64,000 nt of DNA from Octopus vulgaris (taxonomy: Eukaryota): positions 22,258,001 through 22,322,000 of the forward strand of contig OX597833.1 in the NCBI GenBank assembly GCA_951406725.2, written 5' to 3'. Below the pieces are notes generated by a model. It searched no databases. It was not told where the DNA came from and saw only the letters and a program-made list of their open reading frames with translations. A program made the position numbers and the translations under genes. Every line of letters starts with the position of its first letter. Position 1 is the first letter of the stretch. Shown here piece after piece: positions 40,042 through 53,419 of the stretch.

Positions 40042-43000
40042 CTTGTTTTGTTTCGTATTGTATTTGTGTGTATGTGTAAGGGACACATACACAAAAATAG
40101 AGAGTGAGTGACAGTGTGTTTGAAAGAGAGAGAGAGGGGGATAAGGAGATTGGTGGTGTGAGTGGAAGTGAGAGAGGAGGAGGGAATGAATGAGAAAATA
40201 AGTGTATGTGAGAGAGAGTGGGGGAGAAAAGAAGAGTGGATGAGTGTATGCATTTGTGAGAGAGAGAGAAGGGAGGAACTGAGAGAGGATCCACCGTATT
40301 CAGCCTCTTCCATCATAATAATAATCTTTGGAAGCAGAACAGTGGCAACCAATACAAACAAAGCAACAGATTGAACAATTACAAGATCAAATCCTGTCCA
40401 GGTCATGTTTGCTTTTCATTTCTCTCAGGGGACAATAAAATAAATACTGTTGAATGCTCAATACATGCTCTATGTCACAATGTTACCCTTACAACTTTAT
40501 CATGAACTGAGGATCAAAGGCAAAACAAGGCGTGTGTGTGTATGTGTGCATGTGTATGGATGTACATGTGTGTGCATTGTGTAAAGCAGGGGGTTAGTCT
40601 TGTGGGACCCCACAATAGTCAGTCTTCTAATTGTATGCATCAAAGTTCTTTTGTTTGAGGTAGTGTTTTATGACAGGATGCCTTTCCTGTTGCCAACTCT
40701 TTCAGTCACACACGGAATGCAGGGAAGTAAAGCAAATGCTATCACAAGTCCTGGAACTCATAGGGGCCAGTTACTCAGTTTCCATGGCATGTAAATGACT
40801 GAGATCATAACATTTGCCCTGAATGGGGTGCCAGTCAGTCTATCACAGGTTTACTCATTTACAGCAGAGGGGTTGGAGCAACATGAAATGAAGAGTTTTG
40901 CTCAAGAACACAATGCACTGCCTGGCCTATGAATTAAAATCATGATCTTGTGATTGTGAATTCAGCACCCTAAACATTAGGCCAGGGGTTCTTTCATGGA
41001 GTCGATAAGGCCCTTTGTGATATTTGGTTCTGTCTTAATGCAGCAAGCTGGCAGAATTGTTTGCATGCTGGACGAAATGCTTAACAGCTTTTCATCCACC
41101 TCTATGTTCTGAGTTCAAATTCTGCTGAGGTCAACTTTCATCCTTTTGGGGTCAATAAAATAAATCTCAGCAGAGCACTGGGGTCAATGTAATTGACTTA
41201 TCACTACCCTGAACTTGTTGGCCTTGAGCCAAATTTTGAAATTGATATTTGATTATGTCTCTATTTCTGAGTTCAAATCCTACCCAGGTCCATTTTCCCA
41301 TTGAATGTACTGAGATTAACAAAATAAATACCACCCAATAAAATAAACACTAATATAAGGTGATGCTCCAGCATGGCTGCAGTTAAATGAGTGAAACAAG
41401 TAAAAGAAAAAAAAAAAGATGAAAGAATGAATCTAGGACTGCCATCCATCAGATTGACCATGTATCTGCATCTGAAAGTGCAGGTGTGTGCGTGTCATGT
41501 GTGTGTGTAACATGTTTCAGTCATTGGACTGCAGCCATACTGAGACACTGCCTTGAAGGGTTTTAGTCAAACAAATCGATCCCATTACTTACTTTTTAAG
41601 TTTGGTACTCATGCTATTGGTCTCTTTTACTGAACTGCTAAGTTATAGGAATGTAAACAAACCAACACTGCTTGTTCTCATATCAGTTGTATGCTGGAAT
41701 AAATTTACCCATAAGAGAACTCAACCAATAAAGAACCCTTTATGCAACCACTTGGCCTACCTAGAAATAGCAGCCAAATTCCTTAAAAAAAAAAGTTGGC
41801 TAGTCACATTTGGAACTTGTTTGACCATAGTTTCACTCAATCAGGACTGACCTGGTGTTAAACAGCAACATTAATATTTCTTTCTATTATAGACACAAGG
41901 CTTGGAATTTTGTAGGGAGGGGCTAGCTTAATACATCAACCTCAGTGCTCTACTGGTACTTATTTTATTGACCCTGAAAGGATGAAGGTCAAAGTCATCC
42001 GTGGTAGAATTTGAAATCAGAACACAGAGGGTAGAAAGAAATGCCACTAAGCATTTTGCCCAATGCACTAACAATTCCACCAACTCACTGCCTTAAACAA
42101 CTCTAATAGTAATAAAGGTTTCAAATTTTAGCACAAGGCCAGCAATTTTAGGAGAGAGGTAAATCAATTAGGTGAGGAGTAAATCAACCCCAGTCCTCAA
42201 CTAGTAGTTATTTCATTGACCCCAAAGTGATGAAAGCCAAAATCAATCTCAATGGAATTTGAACTCAACATAATAACAGACAAAATGCCACAAAGCAGTT
42301 TGTTCCACGAGTTAATGATTTCTATTAGTTCACCACCTTAAAAAACAACAACAATAATAATGATGAGGATGATGGCTTCAGTTTTTAGCACAGAGTCAGC
42401 AAGTTCAGGGGAGGGGGTAAGTTGATTATATCGACCCCAGTACTGAATTGGTACTTATTTTGTTGACCCCCCAAAATGGTGAAAGACAAGGTTGACCTCA
42501 GAGGAATTTGAACTCAGGATGTAAAGATGGGCTAAATGCCGCAGATGATAATAATAATGAGGTGTATTGCTGTACTCAAGAAGACCTTCCCAGCACAATT
42601 GAGATCCTAAAATCAAAGTGCCCCATAAAAAGCATTGGTGTGGGTGCTGGTGCCTCATAAAAAGCCCTGGTGCCAGTGCCACATAAAAGGCACTGGTAAT
42701 GGAGCCACATTAAAAGCACCTAGTACACTCTGTAGAGAGGTTGGCATTAGGAAGGGCATCTAACCATTGAAACCAGGCCAAAACAGGCTATGGAACCCAG
42801 TGTGGCCTCTGACCTTGCCAGTTCCAGTCAAGCCATCCAACCCATGCTAGATTGAAAAATGGATGTTGGATGATGATGATGATGATGATGATGATAATGA
42901 TGATGACGATGATGGTGATGATGATTTAATTCCCTGTGGTTTGAGTTCATATCTTGAATCCAGAACCCATGTCCTTATCTTAAGTTTGCGAACAGAACTA

Positions 43001-43342
43001 TAACTTACACAGACACAGCATTAAGCCCAGTTATCTTTCTATTTCATGATTGTTTATCTTGTCCATAATATCAATGTTTATTTATTCCGTAATGTCAATG
43101 TTTATATATTCCATAATGTTAATCTACTTTAACAATCATTTCCATCTGACACTGACTATCCAGCCAGCCAGCCAGCCAGCCAGTCATTTACTTAATCATT
43201 TATCTATCTATCACTCATTATGCATCACAGCATTATTGTTTTATATCTGACCTTATTTACACATCTCTCTCTCTCTTTCTCCATCAATTTGTTATTCTAT
43301 TTCTGCCTGTAGATCTTCTTGCCTTCCTGCCTGCCTGTTTGG

Positions 43343-43344
<2 letters not shown>

Positions 43345-43384
<40 letters not shown>

Positions 43385-43473
43385 CTATCTTTCTTTCTTT
43401 CTTTCTTATATCTTCTATCTTTCTTTATATCTATCTATCTATCTTTCTTTCTTTATATCTATCTTTCTATCTA

Positions 43474-43560
<87 letters not shown>

Positions 43561-43659
43561 ATATCAATCTTTCTTTCTTTCTTTCTTTATATCAATCTAT
43601 CTTTCTTTCTTTATATCTATCTTTCTATCTATCTTTCTATCTATCTACCTATCTATCTA

Positions 43660-43734
<75 letters not shown>

Positions 43735-43760
43735 GACTGTCTGTCTGTCTATCTATCTAT
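43345..43760. repeat. (CTAT)n/(CTTT)n/(CTGT)n tetranucleotide field
   Basis: Directly visible; a second field lies at 53232-53560. Confidence 0.95.
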
Positions 43761-44381
43761 CAGTTTACCAAATGCAATTTTATTTTTCCTTGCCCTTGTC
43801 TTCCTCTCACTTCCTATTTTGTAATGGCTTTTGACTCTGACTAAAAACTTGCCTCTTTCTCTCTAACAATGGTCATTAAAGCTTTTTCGTCTGTTTTTCC
43901 TTCTATTTCATTTTATCAAACACACACACACACACTCACACATGCGCATGCACACGCACATACATGCATGCACATATATACATACTCATTTTCTTGTACA
44001 ACTTTCAGTCAGTAGATTGCGACCATGCTGGGGCACCAACTTCAAAAGATTTTACTTTATCATATTAATTCCCTGTAACTCATATCAATCCGTTACCTAT
44101 TTTGCCAAACTGTTAAGTCACAGGTCATCAAGGGACATAGTCAACACCAGCAATAGTTTTTAGATCAGTATAATTATAAACTCACACAAACACACACACA
44201 CACACACACACATTTTCTCTTTTCTCCTTTATCTGTTTCAGTCATGAGACTGTGGCCATGCTGAAGCACTGCCATGAAATTTTTAGTCAATTGAATTGAC
44301 CCCAGTTCTTGTTTTTTCTTTAAGACTGCTACTCATTCCATCAGCCTCTATTTGCCAAACTGCTTATGATACAGGGATGTA

Positions 44382-44533
44382 CAGTTCTATATTTAAGAGA
44401 TGAGGAATTATGTACATTATTTACATTATTTACATTCGACTGATATATTATTTACATTTGGCAGGCATATGGCGTAGTGGTTAAGAGTGCGGGCTACTAA
44501 CCCCAAGATTCCGAGTTCAATTCCAGGCAGTGA

Positions 44534-44602
<69 letters not shown>

Positions 44603-44746
44603 CAACAACATCAAAAAATACCTTAGGAATGAGAACCCAGGTTCTCATGAACCTGATGAAGACTGGAGGGTATATCAACCGAAACGTGTTAACAACAAAC
44701 AAGATGAGGACAAATATCTGTCAAATGTAAATAATGTAAATAATGT
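44382..44746 (+). mobile_element. tRNA-headed short element with hammerhead-like motif and inverted terminal duplication, inserted in a family-A SINE
   Basis: TSD ATACAGGGAT(G/T)TA at 44369-44381 and 44747-44759. tRNA-like head at 44461-44537, then (AAT)n, then CTGATGA...GAAACGT at 44653-44687. 44412-44440 is the reverse complement of 44720-44747. Confidence 0.75.
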
Positions 44747-44879
44747 ATACAGGGATTTAAATAAACCAAAACCAATCGTTAAGCAGTGGTGGAAGACAAA
44801 CAAAGACACAGACACAAGCACATGTGCACACACACACACATACATATATATGTGTGCGTATGCAGTTGTCCAAAAATGT

Positions 44880-46630
44880 TATCACAGTATTATCTACTGA
44901 TGAGATATGATGTTGTAGGTAGGACATTGTATAACAAGATCCATTGAAAGGATGACCCCGAGTACAAAGAAATAAGAACCCATGGTAGGGTGGAAGCCAT
45001 GGCCACTCATAATAAAAAGGAGTACTGGTGGAATGTCCCAGTGAAAACCTTAATGAAATGTAAACACAATAGACCTAATATAATGATTTGGAATAGAGAA
45101 GAAAAATTGTGCAGTTTTGGAAATCATCTGCCCAGCAGATGTTAACATAAAACTGAAGATCAGTGAAAAAGAGAACACCTATGCTGAACTATTGAGAAAT
45201 CTGCAGTTACTCTATCCAGTTTACAAGTTCAGGTTTATACCTGTAATTATTAGGGCACTGGGATATGTAATACAATGCCTAAATACCAATCTTAAGAAAT
45301 TAGGCTTCTCAAAACCAAAAAGGAGTGTAAGGACCATGTAATACGAGATGATGGTAATGGCTCTCTAGTACATCACATGGTCAATGCAATAAATGGACTC
45401 AGATAGTACATATAAATGCCAGAGGGAAAAAGGAGACACAACCACGTAGAATGATTAAGAGAAGATTTATTGATACAATAACATGTGTGTCTGTGTGTGT
45501 GTCATGGATACAGAAATAAATTGACAGGCCATTACAAGAAGAAAGTTTATGCATATATGTGTGTATAGGCATGGATGTGTGTGAGTGTTGTGTACGTTTC
45601 AGGATGTTGATAAATAGACAGTGAAAGAGTCTATAAAGAGAAGTGAGAAGAATGTTTATAGCCACAAGTAAGATAAATAATACCAGTTGATAGTCATTAG
45701 TACACGGGAGTTGAAATACTGTATCAAGAAGCTGCAGCCATGATGCTGAGCCAGTTGCAGGTACATGTCATACGGGAAATCATGGCTGTGATGCTGCTGC
45801 CTGGGTCATTTGGTACAGGAGTTCTTGCAGGTTGCATATTCACTGTTGATCCACAGTGAAGTAATTCACAAACAGAGAAATGTTGGAACCTGGGCGAGTT
45901 GCATGCTGAGCTGTGTACGTAGAGAGATGACGTTGACAACATTAAGGACATGATAGTGGCAACGAAGATGGAGGTTGCCATGATGCTGTTGGACGAAGTT
46001 AGTAAGTTTCAATGTGGTTGCTGTGGTGTTGTCACTGGAATTGGTTGTGTCTTTGTGGTCAGTGGCTAGACCTAAAAAGATCTGGAACCGAAAGACATGT
46101 ATTGAGGAAAAAGCTGGGTTTTAATAGAAAGTAGAAGACTCAAAATAGGGTTTGAAAAAGGTTGTTCACGTGATCCCATCTATAGTCTCTGGCTGGCTAT
46201 CTGTGGTCAGCTGGCACAACAGGGTAGGAAACAAATTCCACTAACAGCAACCATCCAGAGCAGTGGACACAATAGGATCCAAACAGTGGCAAAAAGCCAG
46301 TTGGTCCCTGCTACGTTCGAGCGCATGTATACATAGAGTTACACTACAGGAGAAAGCTGATTTGAAGACTACAGATCCAAGCCATCACCGGAACTGTAAA
46401 AATCTGTAAAACATTCCAGAAGTTTATCATTTAAGTATATATGAGCAATTATATGCATGAGAAGACATACATAAAACAAAACATATGAATCTGCATGTAT
46501 ACATACATACAAAAATACCCTTTGTTGATGTTGAAATTCCAATGAAGGAACATTGGATCTAGGTAAAAAACCAACTCTTTCTCTATTGGTAAGAAATCTC
46601 GAAATAAAACTGAATAATGATATACATACA
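44880..46630 (+). mobile_element. 3' part of an R4/Dong-like RLE non-LTR retrotransposon, split by a solo LTR
   Basis: WWNVPVKT..CKHNRPNIMIW...EIICPADVN...KENTYAEL...IPVIIRALG (restriction-like endonuclease). The frame resumes after the insert as RKLI*RLQIQAITGTVKICKTF and stops at 46434. The 3' UTR carries AATAAA. Confidence 0.75.
45326..46348. mobile_element. Solo LTR (Gypsy-like), 1023 bp
   Basis: TGTA...TACA termini with 4-bp TSD GGAG (45322-45325 and 46349-46352). Removing it restores the host LINE reading frame. Confidence 0.75.
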
Positions 46631-46982
46631 TATATATGTATGTGTATGTATATATATTTATATATACATATATGTGTGTGTGTGTGTATGTGTATGTATG
46701 TGTATGTGTCTATATATGTATGTGTATATATGTGACTTCATATGAGTCGTGCATCATGCTTTTGGCTACAGAACACAACCACACACAATATATATATATA
46801 ACTATATATTGATATATAGTGTAAATAGAGTTAACGGTTATACTAACCAACTAAGGGATAAAATATCCATATGTACTATTGGTAACTGTAAACTGTGTTA
46901 TTCCTTGGCATTGGTGTTCAGGCACATTTTGCACATAGAGTGCAGGAAACAACATGATAAACAAGGGTTTATCAGGAAACAA

Positions 46983-47260
46983 ATACAAATAATCAGAGAA
47001 TGGAGAAAACCTCAGATTAACAAATACACATTGATTGGACCACATTTAAAGCTTATTTTTTATATAAAGCATGACATAAAAAATAGGCAACGTAACAAAT
47101 CTCACGGCTGTTTCTGTATTCACTACCAAATGCTGTCTTTAAATAATTGCGAAAATAAAATCTTCATTTTCACGTCCAATTTTAAAAAATCAGCTATAAA
47201 TGTGGTCCAGTTGATGTGTTTGTTAATCTGAGGTTTTCTTCATTTTCTGATTATTTATAT
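46983..47260. repeat. Foldback / long inverted repeat
   Basis: TAATCAGAGAATGGAGAAAACCTCAGATTAACAAA...GGACCACATTT pairs with AAATGTGGTCC...TTTGTTAATCTGAGGTTTTCTTCATTTTCTGATTA; arms about 80 bp. Confidence 0.85.
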
Positions 47261-47263
47261 GTA

Positions 47264-47294
<31 letters not shown>

Positions 47295-47969
47295 GTGTGT
47301 GTATATATATATATGGATATATATATTATAGCCTCAGGCTGACCAAAACCTTGTGATTAGATTTTGTACACAGAAACTTAAAGAAGTCTGTCATATACAT
47401 GTCTACATTTGTGTGTGTGTCTGTGTTTGTACCCCAACCATTGCTTGACAACTAATGTTGCTGTGTTTACATCCCCATATCCTAGCGGTTCGGCAAAAAA
47501 CACTGATAAAATAAGTACTACTCTTACAAAGAATAAATCCTGTGGTCGATTTATTCAACCAACGGCAGTGCTCCAGCATGGCCACAGTCACATGACTGAA
47601 ACAAGTAAAACAATAAAAAAAACTATGCCATTTTAATCCTGAGTAATGCTGGGTATATATTTATTAATTAACATTCTCTGGGGTTTTTTTCCCCTGTCCT
47701 TGTTTTTGTATACATTCGCTGCTTTCTTCAAAGGAATTTAATGCTCTTAGCTTAGTTTTTCCTTGGGGCTGGCTAGATTGGAGCAATCTCAAGTATAATC
47801 AGCTGAAATTGCAAAGATAATCTGGAACTTGACTGAGAGTAGAAAACTTCAAATGACCCGTCCTTGTTTTCTTTGTATCACCTGTCTGGGTGTTTTGTTG
47901 TCCCTTTTTTGTATCACCTAACTGTCTGGATGTTTTGCATTCTTGTCCCATTTTTGTATTTTTTGTATA

Positions 47970-48000
47970 TAACAAAATATATATGTAATTATATAGATAT

Positions 48001-48038
<38 letters not shown>

Positions 48039-48177
48039 CAAAATATATATGTAATTATATATATATATATAACAAAATATATATGTAATTATATATATAT
48101 ATATAACAAAATATATATGTAATTATATATATATATATATATGACAAAATATATATGTAATTATATATATATATATA
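47970..48177. repeat. Minisatellite: ACAAAATATATATGTAAT + (TA)n, 5 units
   Basis: Directly visible. Confidence 0.9.
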
Positions 48178-49532
48178 CATGACAGGCTTCTTTCAGTTTC
48201 TTTTGCCAAATCCACTCACAAGGCTTTGGTCAGTCAAAGGCTTTAGTGCAAGACACTTGCCCAAGGTGTTATGCAGTGGGACTGAACCCAGGACCATGTG
48301 GTTGGGAAGCAAACTTCTTACCACACAGCCATGCCTAAACTAAGTAATATTCCCTGTCTCATTCCAAGTTTTCTATATAAACGAAGCAAATATTCCTGGG
48401 CATAATGGTAGGAGGGAACCTAGCTGTTTGATTCTGACAGTTTCCATTTATTATCTTTGACCACACAACATTGGTATGGAATATTGTCATAGTTTGGAAT
48501 CTTGACATAGTGCAAATATATCACATATTGTTGCCAACCAACCAGCCAACCACCCACAACCCCTGCTGGCTGTGTTCTCTTACTGTTGTTTCCTGCGTTT
48601 GATGGACTGCTGTTTCAGTGGACAGTGTGTGTGTGTGTGTGTGTGTGTTTGGAGAAAGGTGAGAACTATTAGAAGAGGAGAGAGATGTGAGAAAGGATGA
48701 AAGATTTAGAGAGAGAGTGATAGGAGATTGGATGGATGAGAAAGGAAGAGGGAGAAAGAGAGAGAGAAAAAGAGATGTTAATGTGTGTTTGTATGTGATT
48801 ATTTATGTGTGTTTGTAAGTGAAGAAAGCAAAAAAAATATAAAAGATACAAAGAAAAATAGCTGCTTACGTTGGCAACAGTGGCTGAAACAGAAAGAAAG
48901 AGAGACAGGAAGAGGGTAGAAGGGAGAGATATGAACTATTAGGAAATCAGAGGGGGGGGAGAAAGGGAGGTAAAGAAAAGATTTAGAAAAGGTTGAGAGA
49001 AATAGAGGAAGAAGGAATGAAACAGAATGATGGGACTTATGGGGGGGGAAAGAGAGGAAAACAATTTGAGAGAGAGAGAGAGAGAAAGAAAGAAAATTTT
49101 GAGAAGAGAGAAATAGAGGAAGAAGCAAGGAAACAAAATGATGGGATTTAAAGGGAAAAAGAGAGAGAAACAATTAGAGAGAGAGAGAGAGAAAAAGATG
49201 AAGAGGTGGAGATAGAGAAGCGAGCTGGCATTTGTTTATACATGTACGCCTGTGAAAAATGAATATAAAAGAGAATCTGTGTGTATACACATGAACTTAA
49301 TGGAGTAAATGGGAAGCTGTCAGTAGACATATAGGCATCATTATGGAGAGGAAAAGGTTCAATTTACAACTGTATGCTTCCAAGTTCAACTCCACAAAGT
49401 AGTTCTTTGGGCAAATTTTTTTATAAGTCTTAGGCTGGTGGGCCAATATATTGAGTGGAGTTCAGTTCATTAAAGCTGTACATAAACTCATCATTATATA
49501 TCTGTTTGTCTACACACACACACACACAAACA

Positions 49533-49569
<37 letters not shown>

Positions 49570-49579
49570 ACACACACAC

Positions 49580-49797
49580 AATAGGGTGCTGAAAAGTTCC
49601 TGGCTTAGGGTAAAAGGAAATAGAGGAGGATCAGTTAATTATAATTTTATTCAACATAATCCCCACTCAGATTCACACACTTATTGCAATGGTACTTCAG
49701 TTTTTCTAAACCCTGTAAAAAAAACTCGAAAGGTTGGGCCTCCAACCAGACCTTTTGCAATACCCTTAAGGTCAGGAACTTTTTAGCAGCCCCTCGT
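49580..49797. mobile_element. Mariner-derived MITE
   Basis: TIRs GGGTGCTGAAAAGTTCCTGGCTT / AGGTCAGGAACTTTTTAGCAGCCC. A truncated opposite-orientation copy lies at 62829-63012. Confidence 0.7.
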
Positions 49798-49798
49798 G

Positions 49799-49839
<41 letters not shown>

Positions 49840-49953
49840 GAAAATAATAATGCAATACAAATGTATTACTTTCCAGTAAAGGATAGCCCCATAAGGGTAA
49901 AATTATACGTATAAAAGTAGATAAATGGTGCCTTGTTGTACCATTTATCTACT

Positions 49954-49985
<32 letters not shown>

Positions 49986-50443
49986 CACACACATATATGC
50001 CTGTGCCTATATATATATATATATATATATATACCGTCCAACCCATGCTAGCCCGTCCAACCCATGCTAGCATGGAAAGCGGACATTAAACGATGATGAT
50101 GATATATATATATATATATGTATATATACAATTATATAAATAAGATATATATATATATAGATCATCATCATTGTTTAATGTCCGCTTTCCATGCTAGCAT
50201 GGGTTGGACAGATATATATATATATACATATATACATACAAATATGCACATACATATGTATAGGCATAGGAGTGGCTGTGTGGTAAGTAGCCTGCTTACA
50301 AACCACATGGTTCCAGGTTCAGTCACACTGCGTGTCACCTTGGGCAAGTGTCTTCTACTATAGACTTGGGCCGACCAAAGCCTTGTGAGTGGATTTGGTA
50401 GACAGAAACTGAAAGAAGCCTGACGTATATATGTGTGTGTGTG

Positions 50444-50508
<65 letters not shown>

Positions 50509-51594
50509 TGTATGTATGTATGTATGTATGTATGGGAGTGCGTGTCTGTGTCTGTCCCCCTATCACATGACAACTGATGCTGGTGTGTTTATGCTCCGTA
50601 ACTTAGCAGTTCGGCAAAAGAGACCAATAGAATAAGTACTAGGCTTACAAAGAATAAGTCCTGGGGTTGATTTTCTCGACTAAAGGCAGTGCTCCAGCAT
50701 AGCTGCAGTCAAATGACTGAAACAAGTAAAAGAGTAAAAGAGTATACATATATATGTATATACATATGCATATATGGGTACAGGACATCATAAAACATAA
50801 ACAACATGACATATGAAACACAAGAACATAGAATACAAACTTTTTTATGTGAACAACGAAAGAAATAAGTGGAAAACAAGACAAGTAACATAAAGAATGA
50901 CCCTTCATCAGTTGTTGACTGTTTTATCTACCCTACATTTTGAGCAATTATGACAAGATGTGCCTTCGAGAAACCAGCTGCTCCTGCAAAGCAAAATAAA
51001 ATTTGGGATTTGCAGAGGGTCAAAATTGGCAACAAAAACAGGACAGTGGAAACAAACACTAAGTGGTGACTGCTGGAGGGACAAGCTGTGACAGGAGAAA
51101 AGATAGGAGAGGAGTCAGGCAAGAATGCATCTGATCTGTGTGGCAAATCAAAAGGAAAGAAAGAAACTCAAGTTAGGAAAAGAAAGATGGTCGATGGTCA
51201 CATGTGAGCAATGAGAGAGTAAAGGAGGAAGAGTGAAAAAGTGAGAGGAACAGAGAGAAAATGGTGATGAGGAGAGGAAAGAATTAGAGAAAGATGAGAA
51301 AGAAAAAATGAAAGTGGGAGAAGGGGAGATAAAAAGAATTAGAGAAAGGGAGAGAGAGGAAATGAAAGGGGAGAGGGAAAGAGAACAGCAGAAGATAGAG
51401 TTGCATCAGAATTATTAAGATAAACAAATAAGAATATAAATAATATATATATATATATGACGCATATATATATATGCATATATATATATATATATATACA
51501 TATATATACACACATACATATATATACATGCATATATACACACATATACACACATACATATATACATATATATGCACGCATGCATATACATACA

Positions 51595-51634
<40 letters not shown>

Positions 51635-51882
51635 CAGTTTAATCCGGCAATGTTTCTATGGCTGGATGCCCTTCCTAACGCCATATATATACATATATAT
51701 ATACGTATATATATATATATACACACATATAGATATGTATATATATGTATATATTGTTGGCATCCTTTTTTGTCTTGGGAGAGAACGGAGTTGCACATAA
51801 AATAATCTACTCCGGCTTTTACATTTCATGTCCTAATACATCTGCTGTGGCTGAGATATATTAGGACATATATGTATCATAG

Positions 51883-52157
51883 GTACTTTACCTTTAAGCT
51901 AAACTGCCCAGCGACAAATTGTTCTGCAATTTTAGGATATATAAATCTAGCTTTATAAGACGCTACTGTACATTAAATTCAACTTACGTTGAAAATCAAC
52001 AAGCAGTTTGCTTTAGAAGCATTGAGATGTATTGAAAGATGAGGAAATAATTTATTCTTAAATTTAACGTATGATAGTGTCTTATAAAACTTGATTTATA
52101 TATCCTAAAATGTCAGAACAATTTGTCACTGGGCAGTTTAGCTTCATGGTAAAGCAC
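51883..52157. repeat. Foldback with ~97-bp arms overlapping a tRNA-like sequence
   Basis: 51883-51979 is the reverse complement of 52061-52157. Confidence 0.85.
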
Positions 52158-52207
52158 TTGATGTGTAATCACAGGGATGTGAGTTTGAGTCTCATGGCTG
52201 GCTGCCA
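52132..52207 (+). tRNA. tRNA-like sequence, Thr(TGT)-like, probably a pseudogene or repeat-borne
   Basis: Acceptor GGCAGTT/GGCTGCC, D stem GCTT/AAGC, anticodon loop TGTGTAA and T stem GTGAG/CTCAT. The anticodon stem is imperfect and the T loop reads TTTGAGT. Confidence 0.5.
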
Positions 52208-52354
52208 AAAGATTTTTCTGTAAAATATAGATAGTTTATCCTGTTCATGCTATATTGTTAGCATTATCCTGCATTCGAGAATAAATCATTTCCTTATCTA
52301 TATATATATACATATATATATTATATGTATACATATATATATGTATATACAAAG

Positions 52355-52427
<73 letters not shown>

Positions 52428-52429
52428 AG

Positions 52430-52726
52430 CATGTATATAAATACATAGTGAAACTAATTGAAATTGAAACCATATAATAGTGAAACTATTGTATCACATT
52501 ACAATAGAGATATTGTTTCACTTTTGACATGTAATACCAGAACAGAGTAGGCGATATGAGATTGCTCCGGGCTCACATTAGGCAAAAGGTTGCAAATGTT
52601 TTGGGCCCATGACACGCCATGGACCCTAAGTAAGGTGTGTGTAACATTTGAATGAAATTGGTTGGGTAGTTCTCGATTTTTAGTGATGCACACACACACA
52701 CATTCTCATTTTTTATATAGAGAGAT
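52430..52726 (-). mobile_element. Partial Helitron-like element, same family as 311-1500
   Basis: Shares GACCCTAAGTAAGG...TTTGAATGAAATTGGTTG...CACATTCTCA..TATATAGAGA with 1247-1500. Confidence 0.6.
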
Positions 52727-52743
52727 ATATGATATATATGTAC

Positions 52744-52776
<33 letters not shown>

Positions 52777-53236
52777 TGTATGTATGTATGTATGTATGTA
52801 TGTATGTATGTATGCATGTATCTGTGTGTGTCTTTATGTCTGTGTTTGTCCCCCTCATTGCTTGACAATTGGTGTTGGTGTATTTATATTCCCATAACTT
52901 AGCAGTTTGGCAAAAGAGACTGATAGGCTTTAAAAAAAAAAAGTCTTGGGGTCGATTTGTTCAACTAAAAAAACTCTTCGTGATGGTGCCCCAGCATGGC
53001 CACAGTCAAAACGACTGAAATAAGTAAAAGATAAAAGGTAGGTGCAGATATGACTGTATGGTTAAAAAGTTCCTTTGCAGCCACATGGTTTTGGGTTCAG
53101 TCCCACTGTACAACACCTTGGGCAAGTGTCTTTTATTATAGCCCTGGGTTGATTAATGCTTTGTGAGGAAATTTGGTAGGTGGAAACTGCTTACATGGCT
53201 ACTGGACACAACCAAAAGACTAAAACAGTGTGTCTG

Positions 53237-53419
<183 letters not shown>

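Noticed and set aside
46749-47231. 160-aa ORF
   Set aside because: It runs through a foldback repeat and has no recognisable motif.
47970-48177. Repeat-spacer pattern resembling a CRISPR array
   Set aside because: The spacers are just (TA)n of variable length; eukaryotic context with no cas genes.
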